A stretch of 64,000 bases of DNA from Stegostoma tigrinum (Eukaryota), in the NCBI RefSeq assembly GCF_030684315.1, contig NC_081362.1, forward strand, positions 96,145,187 to 96,209,186. The letters are read 5' to 3'. The notes under the pieces were generated by a model that worked only from the letters and a program-made list of their open reading frames with translations, searched no databases and had not been told where the DNA came from. How positions within the stretch are numbered: the first letter of the stretch is position 1; every line of letters begins with the position of its first letter. Positions 25,665 to 36,330 of this stretch are shown in pieces. The translations under genes were made by a program, and so were the position numbers.

Positions 25665-25876
25665 AAGAGAGCAGCCCTCTGGAACTGTGGTCCTCTGAGA
25701 ATCGGACAACTTTACATTGACCTTACTCTTCACAAACCCAAAGGCTGGTCCAGATATCTGCGACTAGTTTCACCATCTTTTCAAATGCTTAGTTGCTAAT
25801 GAAGAAACCCAGATTAATTTGGGTTCTTTTCAAACAGAAATACATTTGGACTGAGAAAGGTCATCAATGAGGGAAG

Positions 25877-25998
25877 AGAGATAACAAAGTTTGGAGCTGG
25901 ATAAACACAGCAGGCCAGGGGTCTAGGCCTGAAACGTCAGCTTTTGTGTTCCTAAGATGCTGCTTGGCCTGCTGTGTTCATCCAGCTCCACACTTTGT
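25877..25998. mobile_element. Palindromic Penelope-derived mini-element
   Basis: Inverted arms; TSD ATCAATGAGGGAAG at 25863-25876 and 25999-26012. Confidence 0.8.
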
Positions 25999-26389
25999 TA
26001 TCAATGAGGGAAGGCATCCTTTTAAAGTTAATTTTGTTGTGACCAACCGAGAGAGGAATTGAATTTGGAAGAGGAATCAGTTCATCCTTTCTCACCTGGG
26101 ACACAAACCGTTTGGGGCTATCACACCGAGAATTGAAACTAACTGGGGTCCGGTCTGAACACAATGTAAGCTGTGCAAACGGCATTGATGGATAAACAGG
26201 TGAACATGGGGCTGTAACCTCTGCAGGGGATTAAAACGTGGGAATGGAATGCAAGTTATGTGGGAAACTGCTGAAAATAATCATCACAGTAATTTGGAAC
26301 AAAAGTGAACATTGCTGAAAAAGCATTAAATCCTCTGTTATTTCACTGTTGTGCAACTTTCTGACTGTGGTTCAGAGCTGTTTGTGCAG

Positions 26390-26750
26390 CCCAAGCAGTG
26401 TATCCAAAAATGCCAGTACTTAGTGAGGTGCTGGGGGAGGGCGTCACTGTCAGAGGGCTGCCTGTCGAAGGCAATGTTTCCCCAGGCCATGGCTGTCCTT
26501 TCAGGTGGGCAGAGTAGATTCCTAGTGGGCACTATTTTTGAAGAAAAGCAAGGGAGATCTCCCCAGTGCCTTGACTATTATTGATCCTCAATCAATAGAT
26601 GATCTGGACATTGTGTCTTTGTTGTTGTGGAAGCTGACTATTTGTGAACTATCTGCATCATTCCTTGCATGGCCACAGTGACTGCACTTTTAAAGATATC
26701 CTTCATTGGTTATAAAGCGCCTTGACATTGCTGAGGATAGGAAGAGTGCA
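26390..26750 (+). mobile_element. Ancient Deu-domain SINE, diverged
   Basis: tcaggtgg...ggcactatttttgaagaaaagcaagggagatctccccagtg...taaagcgccttg. Confidence 0.6.
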
Positions 26751-27175
26751 ACTGAAGAAGAGTCTAGGCCCAAAAGATCAGTGTTCCTGCTCCTGCCTGG
26801 CCTGCTGAGTTCATCCAGCTCCACACCTTGTTATCTTAAGCTAAATAAAAGATCCTTTTTAGATCTTGTCTTGTTGAAGGGTGTGAGACTGGCGCATTGA
26901 ACGTCTGCTCTCTCTATGGGTGAATGTTTCAGAATCTCCCAGCTCTGTAGTTTTCAGCAAGTTTCAAGACTCTTAAACTGTGTAATCCATCTCCTCTGGT
27001 TCTGGACAAAAGGTTGTGATTCAGTGAGCCACTGACTCATTGCAACAAACTGAGTTTCCAATGATTGAATTATATTTCACTTTGGCGAAAGGATAAGCAG
27101 CTTTGCTCTGCTACTTGCTGTGTTGGCTCCTGTGCAACAACTGCTCCAAATTTCACCCTGTGAAGATGAAATCTT

Positions 27176-27300
27176 TGTGGTTGATGTGTAAACCTCACTT
27201 TGCACTTAGGTTCTTGGTTAGGGCCCCGATTGGAGGGATTGTATTTCCTTTCCAGTTCAGAGTGACTGCCTGAATCAGAAAGAAACTCTGTCACTTCCTC
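27176..27300 (+). promoter_or_regulatory. Putative haematopoietic promoter of gene B (RUNX site, inverted CCAAT, PU.1/ETS box)
   Basis: TGTGGTT at 27176-27182, GATTGG at ~27228 and CACTTCCTC (GAGGAAGTG on the - strand) at 27292-27300, 77-200 bp upstream of the leader ATG. Confidence 0.4.
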
Positions 27301-27376
27301 TTTGACACATTGCACGCTGGACACATCACACAGTGTGGGAAAACTGCATTGTCATTTCATAGAATAGTCATCCAAG

Positions 27377-27428
27377 ATGCTCCTTATTATTCTCCTTGTG
27401 ACCACATTGACTCTCTCTGCTGATGCTG
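27377..27428 (+). CDS. Gene B leader (signal peptide) exon
   Basis: ATG in ccaagATGc context; encodes MLLIILLVTTLTLSADA; donor G|GTGAGT, phase 1, compatible with the V exon at 33742. Confidence 0.8.
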
Positions 27429-28149
27429 GTGAGTATGGGTTCTGTTTGATTTGACCTGACTGGAGGGCTGCTGTGGTTTGTGTTTCTGATAGTATCTTAT
27501 TTGTGGGTATTTCTGTGCCTTGCAGGAGCTCAGGCTCATCGTTAAATTTTGAATAGTCCATTCCCTGTGATTTGTGTTTCAGCTTCTTGTACGTCCTCGT
27601 GTGTATTCCTCAGACAGATGAGACATTGTTCACTCAGATTTCAGGAATGGAATTGTTCTCTTTGGTGCTTTGTTGTGTTTAGATGGAACACATTCTGTGG
27701 TTGTCAGCTGGCACTGGGAATACTGGGATGAGGTTAATCAATAAAATGAGCTTGGAAGTGTGCAAATGAGGAAAGAAATCTCCAGGTGGAGAAAGAGAAG
27801 CTGTTTTCACTAGAAGTCAACCCAGAAAAACAAGAGGGACCATGAATACAAAGAAATCCAAAGAGATCAAATGAAGAACGTAGGAGGAATGTGTTTCTGT
27901 GGGAAGTGGTGAGAATGTCGAGCCCCATGTTAAAGCTGGTGGGGACTGCCCTGACCACCACATGTCATTGATCGCTCAATGAATATCTCTCATGTGGCCA
28001 CCTTTGTAATTGATGAGGATTCAAGAACAAATTACTGAATCTGAGAAAAACTGCAGAAAGTTGCAACACAAAGAAAGGTCAGGGAACTTGTGCACGAACC
28101 ACAGAAAACTAGTACACACGGACAGCAGGTAATCAGAAGGGCAAATGGA

Positions 28150-28790
28150 ATGAGACAGCAAGAACCACAGATGCCGGAGTCAGAGACAGCGCAATGTGGA
28201 GCTGGAGGACCACAGCTGGCCAGGCAGCATCAGGCCAGTAAGAAAGTTCATGTGTCAGGTCTGGCCGCTTCTTCAGAAATGGGGGAGGGGGAAGGGGGCT
28301 CAGAAATAAGTAGAGAGAGGAGGGATGGGGCTGGGAAAAGGTAAGTGGGATAGTGATAGTTGAGTGCTGGCAGGGAGAGGTGGGGATTGGTCAGTGGGAT
28401 GGGTGGGGTAGATAGTTGGGAGAGAAGATGGACAGGTTGTATCAGGTCATGGAGGCGGAGATGAGAGGAAGGGTTGGTTTTGGGATGAGACTAGGTGTCG
28501 TGAGATTTTAAAACTGGTGAATTCTATGTTTAAGCCATCAGGCTAAAGGCTCCCTGGGTGGAATATGAAGTGTTGCTCCTCCAGTTTGCGGGTGATGTCA
28601 TTGTGACACTGGAGGAGACCCAGGATGGACATGTCACCCAGGGAGTGGGACGGGCAGTTAAAATGTTCGGCAATCAGAAGGTGTTGTCGTTTGTTGTGAA
28701 CATAGTGCAGGTACTCTACGAAATGCTCTCTGACTCTACGCTTGTTCTCACCAATGTAGAGGAAGCCATATTGGGTGCAGCAGATACAGT
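28150..28790 (-). mobile_element. Older Penelope-like 3' fragment inserted in a CR1
   Basis: Diverged similarity to 36335-37070. Confidence 0.7.
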
Positions 28791-28794
28791 GGAC

Positions 28795-29710
28795 AGTGGC
28801 TCTTATTTTAAGTGGGGGACGGGAGAATAAGAGTTGGGAAGTTTTACTGCAACTATACGATGTGCCAAAACTGTCAGTAATTTTGGTTCCTTTATTTAAG
28901 AAAATATATCATTTCATTGGAACTAGTTCAAAGAAAGATCACCAGGATGATTCCTGGCATGGAGGAATTGGCATATGACCAAAAGCTAAACAAGTCGGGA
29001 CTCTACTCACTGGAATTTAGAAGAATGGGAGATAATGGGCAGCACGGTGGCTCAGTGGTTAGCACTGCAGCCTCAGAGGGTCAGGGACCTGGGTTCGTTT
29101 CCAGCCTCGGGCGACTGTCTGTGTGGAGTTTGCACATTCTCCCCGTGTCTGTGTGGGTTTTCTCCGGGTGCTCCGGTTTCCTCCCACAGTCCAAAGATCT
29201 GCAGGTTAGGTGGATTGGCCATGCTAAATTGCCCGTAGTGTTCAGGGGTGTGTGGGTTATGGGGAGATGGGTCTGGGTGGGATGCTTCAAGGGACAGTGT
29301 GGACTTGTTGGGCTGAAGGGCCTGTTTCCACACTGTAGGGAATCTAATCTAATCTCATTGAAACAAGTAGAACTTTTAAGGACATAACAGGGTAAGTGCA
29401 GAGAGGATGTTTCTCCTCATGGGAGTGTATAAGACCAGAGGGCATTATCTCAGAATAAAGGAGAACCAATTTAAGACTGAAATGAAGAGGAGTTTCTTCT
29501 CTCAGAGAGTTATGAGTCTTTGGAACTCCTTGCCACAGAGAGCTATGGGGAAAAGTTCTTGTGTATATTTAAGGCAGCAATCAATATATTTTTGAGCGTT
29601 AAGTAAATCAAGGGTTATGGACAAAGGGCAGGGAAGTGAATGTGAGGAATATCAGATCAGCCATGATCCTATTGAATGGCAGTGTCTGGCTCGAGGGGCC
29701 GAATGGTCTA
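28795..29710 (+). mobile_element. CR1 3' fragment interrupted by a SINE
   Basis: ELVQRKITRMIPGM...YSLEFRRM resumes after the SINE at 29037-29351. Confidence 0.85.
29037..29351 (+). mobile_element. V-SINE (HE1-like)
   Basis: gggcagcacggtggctcagtggttagc head, V core, (aatct)n tail. Confidence 0.9.
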
Positions 29711-30007
29711 CTCAACCTGTCCATCTTCACCCATCCCACTGACCAATCCCCACCACTCCCTACCGGCATTCACCTATCATCTTCCCACCTACCTTTTATC
29801 AGCCCCACCCCTCCTCCCACTTTTTATTTCCCAGATCCCTATCCCCTCCCCATTTCTGAAGAGGAGTCCCAACCCAAAACGTCAGCTTTCCTGCTCCTCT
29901 GATGCTGCCTGACCTGCTGTGTTCACCCAGCTCCACACTGTGTGGTCTACTCCTGTTCCTATTTCTTCTGGTGTTATGGTCTTAGGGCAGACTGACAGTC
30001 AGACATA

Positions 30008-30540
30008 AGATGTGAGGCTGGATGAACACAGCAGGCCAAGCAGCATCTCAGGAGCACAAAAGCTGACGTTTCGGGCCTAGACCCTTCATCAGAGAGGGGG
30101 ATGGGGGGAGGGAACTGGAATAAATAGGGAGAGAGGGGGAGGCGGACCGAAGATGGAGAGTAAAGAAGATAGGTGGAGAGAGTGTAGGTGGGGAGGTAGG
30201 GAGGGGATAGGTCAGTCCAGGGAAGATGGACAGGTCAAGGAGGCCACCCGAAGGTTGCAGGAACAGCAACTCATATTCCGCCTGGGAACCCTGCAGCCAT
30301 ATGGTATCAATGTGGACTTCACCAGTTTCAAAATCTCCCCTTCCCCTACTGCATCCCTCAACCAGCCCAGTTCGTCCCCTCCCCCCACTGCACCACACAA
30401 CCAGCCCAGCCCTTCCCCCTCACCCACTGCATCCCAAAACCAGTCCAACCTGTCTCTGCCTCCCTAACCGGTTCTTCCTCTCACCCATCCCTTCCTCCCA
30501 CCCCAAGCCGCACCCCCCGCTACCTACTAACCTCACCCCA
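30008..30540. mobile_element. Short Penelope-like insertion with internal inversion
   Basis: 30008-30243 matches the - orientation and 30244-30540 the + orientation of the 36331-39637 element. Confidence 0.85.
30065..30092 (-). ncRNA. Minimal hammerhead-ribozyme-like core in a Penelope terminus
   Basis: The - strand reads CTGATGA-A-GGG-TCTAGG-CCC-GAAAC-GTC: CUGAnGA and GAAA cores, short stem II, palindromic ACGT stem III, GUC cleavage triplet. Confidence 0.65.
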
Positions 30541-31069
30541 ACTCAGGCAAAAGCTAACTGTCATGTTCACAAGCTCAAAACATACCAGGGCAACAACTGA
30601 GTGTTTTAACAAATACACCACTGTTGTTCCAAACAGGGGAAAGACATAAATCAAGGAATTTCAAACTAATTGAGTGAATATCAAAATTGAGACTGAAGGA
30701 ATGTGAATGAGGGAACATTATTGAAGTGATGTAGAAGCAAGATGAATAACAATGCAATTATTATCTTTGCAAACATGTTGGGAAAGACCAATATGGGCTG
30801 AAGAGTTCTGAAGGAAGGTCACTCGAGTTAAAATGTTAACTCTGATTTCTCTCCCCAGACACTGTCAGACCTGCTGACCTCTTCCAGCAATTTCTGATTT
30901 TGTAATCAACATAGACTGGTTGATTGTGAGGTAGATCGGTGGGATGAGTGAAGATGGACAGGTTGAGTAGGCCATTTAGGATCAGTAGGATCATGACCAG
31001 TCTGATATGCCTCACATTCACTTCAACCAGTTTATTTTGCAGAAGGTCTTTTTTTAATATTTATTATAT

Positions 31070-31364
31070 TCCCTCCAGTGTAGAAACAGGCCCTTCGGCC
31101 CAACAAGTCCTCACCACCCCTTGAAGCATCCCACCCAGACTCATCCCCCTATAACCCACACACCCCTGAACACTACGGGCAATTTAGCATGAGCGATCCA
31201 CCGAGCCTGCACATCTTTGGACTGTGGAAGGAAATCGGAGCACCCAGAGGAAACCCACGCAGACACGGGGAGAACATGCAAACTCCACAGAGTCACCCAA
31301 GGCTGGAATTGAACCTGGGTCCCTGACGCTGTGAGGCTGCAGTGCCAACCACTGAGCCACCACG
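31070..31364 (-). mobile_element. V-SINE (HE1-like)
   Basis: Reverse complement of the same family. Confidence 0.88.
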
Positions 31365-31879
31365 TGGCCTGTTGTTTAGCTTCTGTGCATTTCTCCTTTG
31401 CCAGGACCTGAATGACTAATATACAGAAAGCTTCTAGTCACACGACAATTTATAACAAGGTAATTCGAGAAGGGACCTGGTGTGAAAGCAGAACTCTATG
31501 TATAGAGGTGGATTAAGATTCATTGCGCTCTTGAGAGTCAGTAACTCTGAAAAAAACCAAAAGTGTTTGAAATGAGACTGAGCTGAACTGTTTTTTTACA
31601 AAGCTGTATATATCTCTCTGGCAAAACCTGGCAATGTTTTCAAAGCTTAAACAGACCACAGTAGCCTTACAGTGCAGAAAGGGCAAGAGTTAGACGAAGA
31701 AGCATGTCATGACCATGTCATGGCAAAAACATAAACCAGAAAGTAAAAACAATTCCTTTACTTTACATTTTATAGTCACTAAGTCATAGCAAAAATTCTC
31801 TGGCCAAAATCACCAACTCAAAAAGCTAAAGTGCATGAAAACATAATGAGCAGTGATGATGAAAAGATAGCAAAAAGTA

Positions 31880-32450
31880 CAAGGCATTAGTGAGATCGCA
31901 TCTGGAGTAGTGTGTACAATTTCAGTCCCTTATTTGAGGAGGAATGTTGTTGATTTGGAGACAGGTCAGAGGAGGTTCACAAGACTGATTCCAAGGATGA
32001 AAAGATTGCCTTATGAAGAAAGGTTGAGCAGTTTAGGTTGGTACTCACTGGAGTTCAGAAGAATCAGAGAAGATCAAATGGAGTTGTATAAGATGCTGAA
32101 GGGATTGGCAAAGGAGATGCAAGGTAAATGGTTCCCCTTGTGGAGCAATCTAGTGCTAAAAGGCATCATTTTAGGACAAGGGGCAGAAAATTTAAAATGG
32201 AAATATGGAGAAATCACTTTTCTCAGAGGCTCATGAATCTGTGAGATCATTCCCCCAGAGTGCTTTGGACACTAGGACACAGAGGAAATTTAAGGAGAAA
32301 ATAGATTTTTGATTACCAATTGGTTGAAGAGTTATGAAGAATGTCCAGGAAGGTGGCTGTGTGTCTGAGATGAGACCAGCCATGATCATATTAAATGGTG
32401 GAGCAGGCTTGAGGGGCTGAATGGCCTTCTCTTGCTTCTCGATCTTACAT
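31880..32450 (+). mobile_element. CR1 3' fragment
   Basis: ORF 31910: QRRFTRLIPRM...YSLEFRR. Confidence 0.85.
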
Positions 32451-33363
32451 TGTTTCGGCTGTGATTCTGAGAGGGAATGTGTAAGTGCTAGAGATAAGAA
32501 ACTTCATTTCTAAGGAATTCTTTCTTTACCAGAAAGTAAAACTTTAAAAAAAAATGTTAACATATATTTGTGAAACTTGCTGGAAGACTCTCCACTTGCC
32601 TGGATGAGTGCACCTTTCACAGCTCTCAAGAAGATTGAGAACATTTAAGAGTAAGCAGTCTACATGATTAGCTGAGATAACAAAGTGTAGAGCTGGATGA
32701 ACACAGCAGGCCAAGCAGCATCTCAGGAGCACAAAAGCTGACGTTTCAGGCCTAGACATTTCTTTTGGTTGATTGTTTGATTGCTTGATTTATTGTCAAT
32801 TGAACTGAAATACAGTGAAAAACCTTTGTTTACGAGCAGGAGAGGCAGATCATAGTAAACGAGGATGTACAGATCCAAAAGAATTAGAGAGAAGTATACA
32901 GGTTACTTGCACAGGGCATGTGCAAGGCGAGATCAATAACAGGATCAACATTATTTGAAACGAGAGAGTCTATTCATCATGGAGAAGGTGTAGTTTTGTA
33001 AATCTTTATGGATTACAGTCGACAGATCAGAAAGCTGAGGATTCAGTTGCAATGGGCATTGAAGAAGTATTTAGATGTACATTTGTGATGCCGAAGTGAT
33101 GGGCCAACTACTAGAAAGTGGAATTATAATTGGTCGAAGAGAGCAGGAACTGCAGATGCTGGAGAATCTGAGATAACAAGGTGTAGAGCTGGATGGACAC
33201 AGCAGGCCAAGCAGCATCAGAGGAGCAGGAAGGCTGATGTTTTGGGCCTAGACCCATCATAGAAGGTAGTTGTTGACTGGTACGGATTCAATGGGCAAAG
33301 CTCCTTTCTCTATCCATCTTTGTGACTCTTTGGTTCTAAGATATCCACTCATAATGAATTGTT

Positions 33364-33632
33364 AGAACATAGAACATAGAACAGTACAGAACAGAACAGG
33401 CCCTTCAGCCCACAATGTTGTGCCGACCATTGATCCTCAGGTATGCACCCTCAAATTTCTGTGACCATATGCATGTCCAGCAGTCTCTTAAATGACCCCA
33501 ATGACCTTGCTTCCACAACTGCTGCTGGCAATGCATTCCATGCTCTCACAACTCTCTGTGTAAAGAACCCGCCTCTGACATCCCCTCTATACTTTCCTCC
33601 AACCAGCTTAAAACTATGACCCCTCGTGTTCT
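33364..33632 (-). mobile_element. CR1 3' end with (AGAACAT)n tail
   Basis: agaacatagaacatagaacagtac... is the reverse complement of the CR1 tail. Confidence 0.8.
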
Positions 33633-33741
33633 ATTTTGAATTCTTGTTCTTCTGTATACAAGAAGTTTTATGAAATGTCGAGATTTCACTTTTTACGTTG
33701 CATTTGATAATTTATACGTGATGTTTCTTTGCCCCTGACAG

Positions 33742-34077
33742 CAGAGAGACCCATCCTGCTCCAGTCTCCAGAAGTGCACAGTGTGATGGAAGGCGACTCT
33801 GTCAGATTTCAGTGTAAACTGGAGAATGCTAATGTCAGCAAACTCATTGTTACTTGGTACAAGAATAGATCCAGCAAACAGGAGCTGATAACATACGATG
33901 CACAGGGCCATGTCTACCGTCACCCTGGAGTGACAGCACGTTTCCAACCTTCCAGGGATATCTCCAATAACAGCTACATCCTAACCATCACAAATGTGGA
34001 AGCTAGTGACAATGCTGTCTATGTCTGTAGTGTGCGGGGATCGAGCTACGGGGCAGGAACCCAGCTGAACATAACCG
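33742..34077 (+). CDS. Gene B Ig V-type (germline VJ) domain exon
   Basis: Acceptor cccctgacag|CAG (NAGNAG), donor G|GTAAGT; 336 nt, phase 1-1. Encodes AERPILLQSP...RFQC...VTWY...DNAVYVCSVRGSSYGAGTQLNIT; paralog of the gene A domains. Confidence 0.92.
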
Positions 34078-35041
34078 GTAAGTAAATATTAGCTCCCACT
34101 GACAGGCTCACAGGGACAACATCATCACCAGCCAGGTTAATGAACAGGGGAAGGGTGTAGTGTGGGTGAGTGGGGAGGTGGTGGTGAAACGGGGAGATGA
34201 GAAACCCTGGAAGGAACTGCTTCACGCTTTGGGGATTTGTCAGAAGAGCAGGAAATGAAACTGTTGTGCTAATGTTCAAGCTCTCTCCAACCTTGTTGGG
34301 TGGCAATACAGTTCGTAACTTGGCTGAAGACTGCTCTTCAACAGAGAAACGTGAGTCAGTGTGTGATCTGAAAATACATCACGGACTTCCACTTGTATAT
34401 GGAAGCTGCTTGGAGGCACATCCACTGATTTGTGAGGGGCGGCTCATCTGTGAATGAGAAAAGGGATACTGGTCTCTGCGGAGTTAGTTCACAGGGAATG
34501 TGTGTATTCTTTTGTTCCAGTCTTTGTGATTTTGTATTGATGATTTAATGGAATGTTCAACAGAGAAAATGGGGAAGTTTGTTCAGGCTGTGTTTTCTTG
34601 ATGGGTAGATGTTTAAGTCGTGGGGAATAGGGGCTGTCTCATTTTAACTGCATTTACTAACTTCTTTTCAGTAGATACACTCTTCCATTTCTTTCCAAGT
34701 GTATTACTTTACTTGTGTGCATATTTGATGTACGTTCTGATGATTTTCAGGGTAGTAGGTAATGAAATTCAATTTTCTTACAATCATGTAATAAAATTCA
34801 ATTTTCTTTCAATCATCAAAGAAAACTTGTGAATAAATTCATACAGTGTGGGAAAAGGCTATTTGGCCCATCAAATCTGCACTGGCCTTCTGAAGAGCAT
34901 TCCACCCAAACCCAGGCCCCATTTTTTTCCCCATAGATGTGACAGAGTGAGAAGGGAATTAAAAGAGAAGCATTGTTACGGAGGGGAAAATGCCGATCCC
35001 CTTAGATAATTGAACTAAAACACAAGCCCTAATCTGATATG

Positions 35042-36233
35042 AGATGTGAGTAAACCGGTTGATGTGGTGTACATGGATTTCAGCAAGGCATTCGATAAGG
35101 TTCCCCACAGTAGGCTATTGTACAAAAAGCGGAGGAATGGAATTGTGGGAGATACAGCAGTTTGGATCGGAAATTGGCTTGCTGAAAGAAGACAGAGGGT
35201 GGTAGTTGATGGGAATTGTTCATCTTGGAGACCAGTTACTAGTGGTGTACCGCAAGGGTCGGTGTTGGGTCCACTGCTGTTTGTCATTTTTATAAATGAC
35301 CTGGATGAGGGCGTAGAAGGATGGGTTCATAAACTTGCAGATGACACTAAGGTCGGTGGAGTTGTGGAGAGTGACGAAGGATGCTGTAGGTTGCAGAGAG
35401 ACATAGATAAGCTGCAGAGCTGGGCTGAGAGGTGGCAAATGGAGTTTAATGCAGACAAGTGTGAGGTGATGCACTTTGGTAGGAGTAACTGGAGGGAAAA
35501 GTACAGGGCTAATGATAAGACTCTTAGTAGTGTAGATGAGCAGAGAGATCTCGGTGTCCATGTACACAGATCCTTGAAAGTTGCCACCCAGGTTAACAGG
35601 GCTCTTAAGAAGACATATAGTGTTTTAGCTTTTATTAATAGTGGGATCGAGTTCCGGAACCAAAAGGTTATGGTGAAGCTGTGCAAAACTCTGGTGCGGC
35701 CGCACTTGGAGTATTGTGTACAGTTCTGGTCACCGCATTATAAGAAGGATGTGGAAGCTTTGGAAAGGGTGCAGAGGAGATTTACTAGGATGTTGCCTGG
35801 TAAGGAGGGAAGGTCTTACGAGGAAAGGCTGAGGGACTTGAGGCTGTTTTCATTAGAGAGAAGAAGGTTGAGAGGTGACTTAATTGAAACATATAAAATA
35901 ATCAGAGGGTTAGATAAGGTGGATAGGGAGAGCCTTTTTCCTAGTATAGTAACGGCGAGCACGAGGGGGCATAGATTTAAACTGAGGGATGAAAGATATA
36001 GAACAGATGTCAGAGGTAGTTTCTTTACTCAGAAAGTAGTAAGGGAATGAAACGCTTTGCCTACAAACGGTGGTAGATTCGCCAACTTTCGATACATTTA
36101 AGTCGTCATTGGATAAGCATATGGACGTACATGGAATAGTGTAGGTTAGATGGGCTTGAGATCGGTATGACAGGTCGGCACAACATTGAGGGCCAAAGGG
36201 CCTGTACTGTGCTGTAATGTTCTATGTTCTATG
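35042..36233 (+). mobile_element. Young 5'-truncated CR1 (HER1-like) LINE with open RT C-terminal half and 3' tail
   Basis: ORF 35046-36050 (YMDFSKAFDKVPH, SGVPQGSVLGPLLF, LADDTK, RPHLEYCVQFWSP); tail TTCTATGTTCTATG. Confidence 0.95.
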
Positions 36234-36330
36234 ACAGGAGTAGGTGTTCTCCTCTAACAATTACCCCCAAAATACTCAGAAAAATTCACCTTTCCTGTCC
36301 TAATCTATGAAAAGAAAACAAATCTCTGAT

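Noticed and set aside
29037-29110. tRNA genes (A/B-box sequences at SINE heads)
   Set aside because: They continue into the V-SINE core and LINE-derived tail, so they are SINE heads rather than tRNAs.
301-34077. Rearranging TCR-gamma or Ig light-chain locus
   Set aside because: V and J-like parts are contiguous in one exon. I saw no RSS, no per-V leader exons for D2 or D3 and no C1 exon, and the domains splice to TM exons.
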